A stretch of 63,191 nt of DNA, the filler included, from Hausera hauseri (lineage: Eukaryota): assembly GCA_046269625.1 (NCBI GenBank). It is 13 parts of 13 records of this genome, joined end to end, with 100 filler letters (N's around TTAATTAATTAA, not from the genome) between each part and the next. Parts side by side here need not be neighbours in the genome. Positions count along the whole stretch, not along the records: positions 58,757 to 63,191 come from JBJURY010583223.1; 12 more parts are not named here. The stretch is one strand, 5' to 3'. A model generated the notes under the pieces. The model was not told where the DNA came from. It ran no database searches and saw only the letters and a program-made list of their open reading frames with translations. Of the stretch, positions 59,487 through 63,191 are shown piece after piece. How positions within the stretch are numbered: position 1 is the stretch's first letter; every line of letters begins with the position of its first letter. Position numbers and translations under genes: made by a program.

Positions 59487-62400
59487 CTAGATCGGTCTGG
59501 CAATTATTGACGAAGTTTTTACCTCGCATTGGCGTAAATTATAACGCTTGTTTGGCCGTATTTCTGTCTTGACAACTCTTTGTACTGACACAACTTCTTC
59601 CTTTTCATTTTTGTTAATATACACTGTGGTCGGCGTGACTTTGGTAACTTCGTATGGTCCTCTGCCTGTGCGAGTTAATTTTATTGAGGTGCCTTTCTTG
59701 GCTAGTGGGTAATTGCATAGACCCAATTTTCTTGTTCTATATCATGCGGTTTCGCTTTCTTATCATATTGCTTTTTAAACTGCTCTTGATATTCTTAAGA
59801 TAATTTTTTGGCAATTTCCCAGCATTTTTGTAATCGCGTTTGTAATACTTCTGCGAAATTTTGTTCTAAATCTTCGGGATTGACTGTGAATGGCGTCATT
59901 CCTAAGTCCGTGGGCAACACGGCTTCGCGTCCATACATCATGAAAAATGGAGTGAATTTTGTTGCTGGATGTGGTGTGGTATTAATAGTAAACTGAGTCT
60001 CTTCCAAAAATTCGTCCCAATCTTTCTGGTCCTTTGCTACTACTGTCAATAATATACGTATAATGGTTGCATTCATTCGTTCCACCATTCCATTACATTG
60101 AGGATGATACGCAATAGTCGTTAATCGTTCGATTTCAAATATTTTAGTGATTTTTTCAAATAATTCACTTGTAAAATTTCTTCCTCGATCTGTGAGTATC
60201 TTGTCTGGGGGTTCGTATCGGCAAATAATCCTTCTTACTACGGCTTCTGCTAAAGTTTCTGCCTTTTGATCAATTAACGATATCAACTCGACGAAATGAG
60301 TTAGTCGATCAATACACATCAAAATATATTTATTGTTCCTGTGAGTAGTAGGAAGAGGTCCTACGAGGTCCATCGACATGGCTTGCATGGGCCTGTAGGG
60401 TACATCAATTACTTTTAGTTCGGCCATGTAATTTTTCGTCTTCTTTTGTTTAGTTGCACATACGTCACAAGCATTCACCCAATTTTTCGCATCAATATAG
60501 ATACTAGGCCAGAAATATTTATTCATTATTCTTTCTAACGTTTTCTTCCAGGACATGCGCCATGCCAAATATGAATCGTGTTCTGACATCAGTACTTCTG
60601 TTCGAAAACCTTTTGGAATAACTGTCAGTTTCATTCATTTCCGTTCGTAATATAAAATATCTTCATTGCTCTTGTCACTTAGGACGCAATATTTATGTCC
60701 GTGTCTGTGTAAATGTTTCTTTAACTGTCGTCCCTTCGGTATGACATCCTTTTTAGCAAATTTTATAATCTGCTGGATGACCTTATCCTTCCTTTGTTCT
60801 GTTGAAATTTTAATTGCTTTATCCATTGTCAAGGCGCGTTGCCGATCTACTATCTCTTCGAGTTGGCTTTTCTTCATTACAGTAATCGCACTCGTTTTAG
60901 TCTTCAATCTTGATAGTGCGTCCGCGTCTACATGTTTATTTCCCGGCGTATACTGGAATTCAATATTGTATCTTGATATTTCTTCGATCCATCTGTTAAG
61001 CCTGCATGTCGGGTTATTTGCTCGGACTTTTAAGGTTGTAACGGCCTTGTGATTAGTGACAATTATAATTTTCTGACGGTATACGTAAACGTTGAAATGA
61101 TGCAGTGCTTCTTTTACGGCTAGAGTTCCCAGTTCTGTAACCGAACAGTTTTTCTCGGCCTTCTTCAAAGAACGTCCTGCATAAGCAATTGGGTGTTTTA
61201 ATTTTTTGTCTTCTCTTTTCTGCGCTAATTTATAACCAATGCCTTCCTTACTGGCGTCTGTCTTGATTATAAAAGGTAGTTAAAATCTGGATATCGCAAA
61301 ATGGGTTCACTTGTTAATATTTTCTTCATCTCATCAAAAGCTTTCTGTTTGACGTCTGTTCATTTCCATTTAATTCCTTTCTTAAGTAAGCGATATGAGG
61401 GTGCATTAATTTTTGAATTATCCGGTATGTAAGTTGCATAATATCAGCATAATCCTAGCCAGTGTTTTAATTCCTTTTGGTTTTGTGGTTTCATGCAATC
61501 GGATATTTTGTTCAATAACGATTTATCTGGTTTTGATCCTCCTTCCCCAACTATATGACCTAGGTAGGATACGGCGTTTTGGGCCCATTTGCATTTCTTT
61601 GGATTTAATTTCAATCCGGCGTGTTCTAGTCTCCTTAGCGTATGTTCCATATCTTTAAGTGTTTCTCTTCTGTCCTCGATGCTATCATCACATTGTCTAA
61701 GTACGCAAAAGCATGATCCAATCCCATTAACATTTTTTTCATCATTCTTGTAAATATGGCTTGTCAGGTAGTAATACCGAACGACATGATATTAAATTCA
61801 TAAACGCCATCATGAGTTTCGAGTGCCGTTTTATATCGGTCGTTGTCCTCTATCTTTACTTGCCAATATCCGAATTGTAAGTCTAGAGTGATAAACCATT
61901 TCGCTCCTGAGAGTCGGTCTAATGCCTCTTTGACCGACGGTAGTGGGAAAGAATCATTCATCATAAGATTATTTAAGGCTCTGTAATTAATACAAAATCG
62001 ATGTTTCGTGGTACCTTTCTTCTTAACCATGAGGATTGGTGAATACCAAGATCTATAGCTAGGCCTGATTATGTCTGCCTTAAGCATTCTTTCGACTTCT
62101 TTCGTTATTTCGGGCCTTAATGAATGCGGCGGAGGGTACGATTTCGGCATCTTCTGGTCTTGCAAATCTATTTCCTCGTTTGACCCTGGCTTTTTCTTGA
62201 GTGGAATAGTTAGTTTTAATGCTTTCGTTCTACCGATATCTTCTTTTTCCTTATCAATAATCGATTTATATCGGCATAACAATTCGTAGAATCGACAATA
62301 AGACTCAGGTGAAAATTTAGTTTCGACATGAGGTGGATATTCGGCATACTTGTAAGGTTTTTCTTCGATAGTTATTGACGATACTATATATGTGTCTCCT

Positions 62401-63191
62401 AAAGTAGTATAAGCATGGAGCTTGACGGGAATTTGCGCGTTATTAGCTATTCTGACTGGTACTCAACCGGAGTGCACTCTTGTTAATACGTTGCTGAGTA
62501 ATATATTCGGATCTAACGTATCTCTTGGTTCAAAATATACTGGTTGATCGTCAACTTGCTGTACCTGGACACAAATTATTATTTCTGTTCTTGGCGGAAT
62601 GTTTTCGTCAAATGGTATCCACACTTCTCCAAATTTTCTATCCTTAGCATTTTTCACGCCTTTATTGGGCCTGATTTCTATTAATTTTCCTGTTTGTAAG
62701 TTGATTGCTATATTCGGTAGCCTTTTCAGTAGATCACATCCTAGAACGACGTTATCCGTTAATTGTTCCATAATTCGAATTCATAATAAAATGTTTGCCC
62801 AACTATTTGGACTTCTGGGTTCCATTTAAACATTAATTTCGACATTTGGCCAAAAGCTCCTCTACCTGCTGCGTCTTTTGCAGATGGAGGATATAATTTT
62901 CCTCTTAGAGTTTGTGGTATTGAATTATTTTTAATGTAAGACATTTCCGATCCTGTATCGATTAAGGCATAAACTTCCCAATCTTCAATAATGATTTTGG
63001 CGAAGAGTCTCCCTTCTATTACTGTTCCGAAACAGTTCGGTGTATCCTTTGAGCGTCCATTAATTCGGATTTCGGGAGAGGCTACTATATTCTCCGATAA
63101 TTGTCTTAATTCTTCATTTGGGTATAATTCATTGTTTTCTATGTGTACTTCTTTTGCTTCATGTGTACTGATTAATGGTTCTCGATTATTG
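59487..63191 (-). pseudogene. pol: Gypsy Pol (PR-RT-RH-IN with GPY/F motif), decayed; same family as 50332-52010
   Basis: LIDTGSE, RFCINYRALN, KTDASKEGIG, ELGTLAV, HVDADALSR, CDVC, MDLVGPLP, TDRGRNF, NGMVERMN, GPYEV. Near-identical in DNA to 50.3-51.9 kb, including the pre-protease linker. Confidence 0.95.

Overview
This is not one continuous locus. It is 13 short eukaryotic (probably animal, AT-rich, introns about 45 bp) contigs joined by artificial 100-bp spacers (44 N + TTAATTAATTAA + 44 N), so adjacency across spacers means nothing. Most of the content is mobile DNA: several decayed Polinton/Maverick pieces (protein-primed PolB, integrase tail, minor and major capsid, cysteine protease, four AGTAG-type termini), an intact Gypsy gag-pol with a tRNA-Pro PBS and a repeat array, a Copia element in tandem around one LTR, and Chapaev3, mariner and hAT relics. 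There are also two host gene fragments (a repetitive coiled-coil protein and an LRR protein). The main find is a group of Gypsy-type retroelements (contigs at 24.1-28.6, 39.4-44.5, 49.2-54.2, 54.3-58.7 and 58.8-63.2 kb, plus a relic at 0.56-1.3 kb). Overlapping copies reconstruct to an unusual, probably single polyprotein: Gag - ubiquitin-like domain - AT-hook - internal signal peptide - chuvirus-like glycoprotein - TM - protease - RT - RNase H - integrase - second signal peptide + Cys-containing ORF, possibly with a REX4/ISG20-like exonuclease-fold ORF. The envelope-like gene therefore sits between gag and pol rather than after pol. All family assignments are motif recognition by eye; no searches were run.
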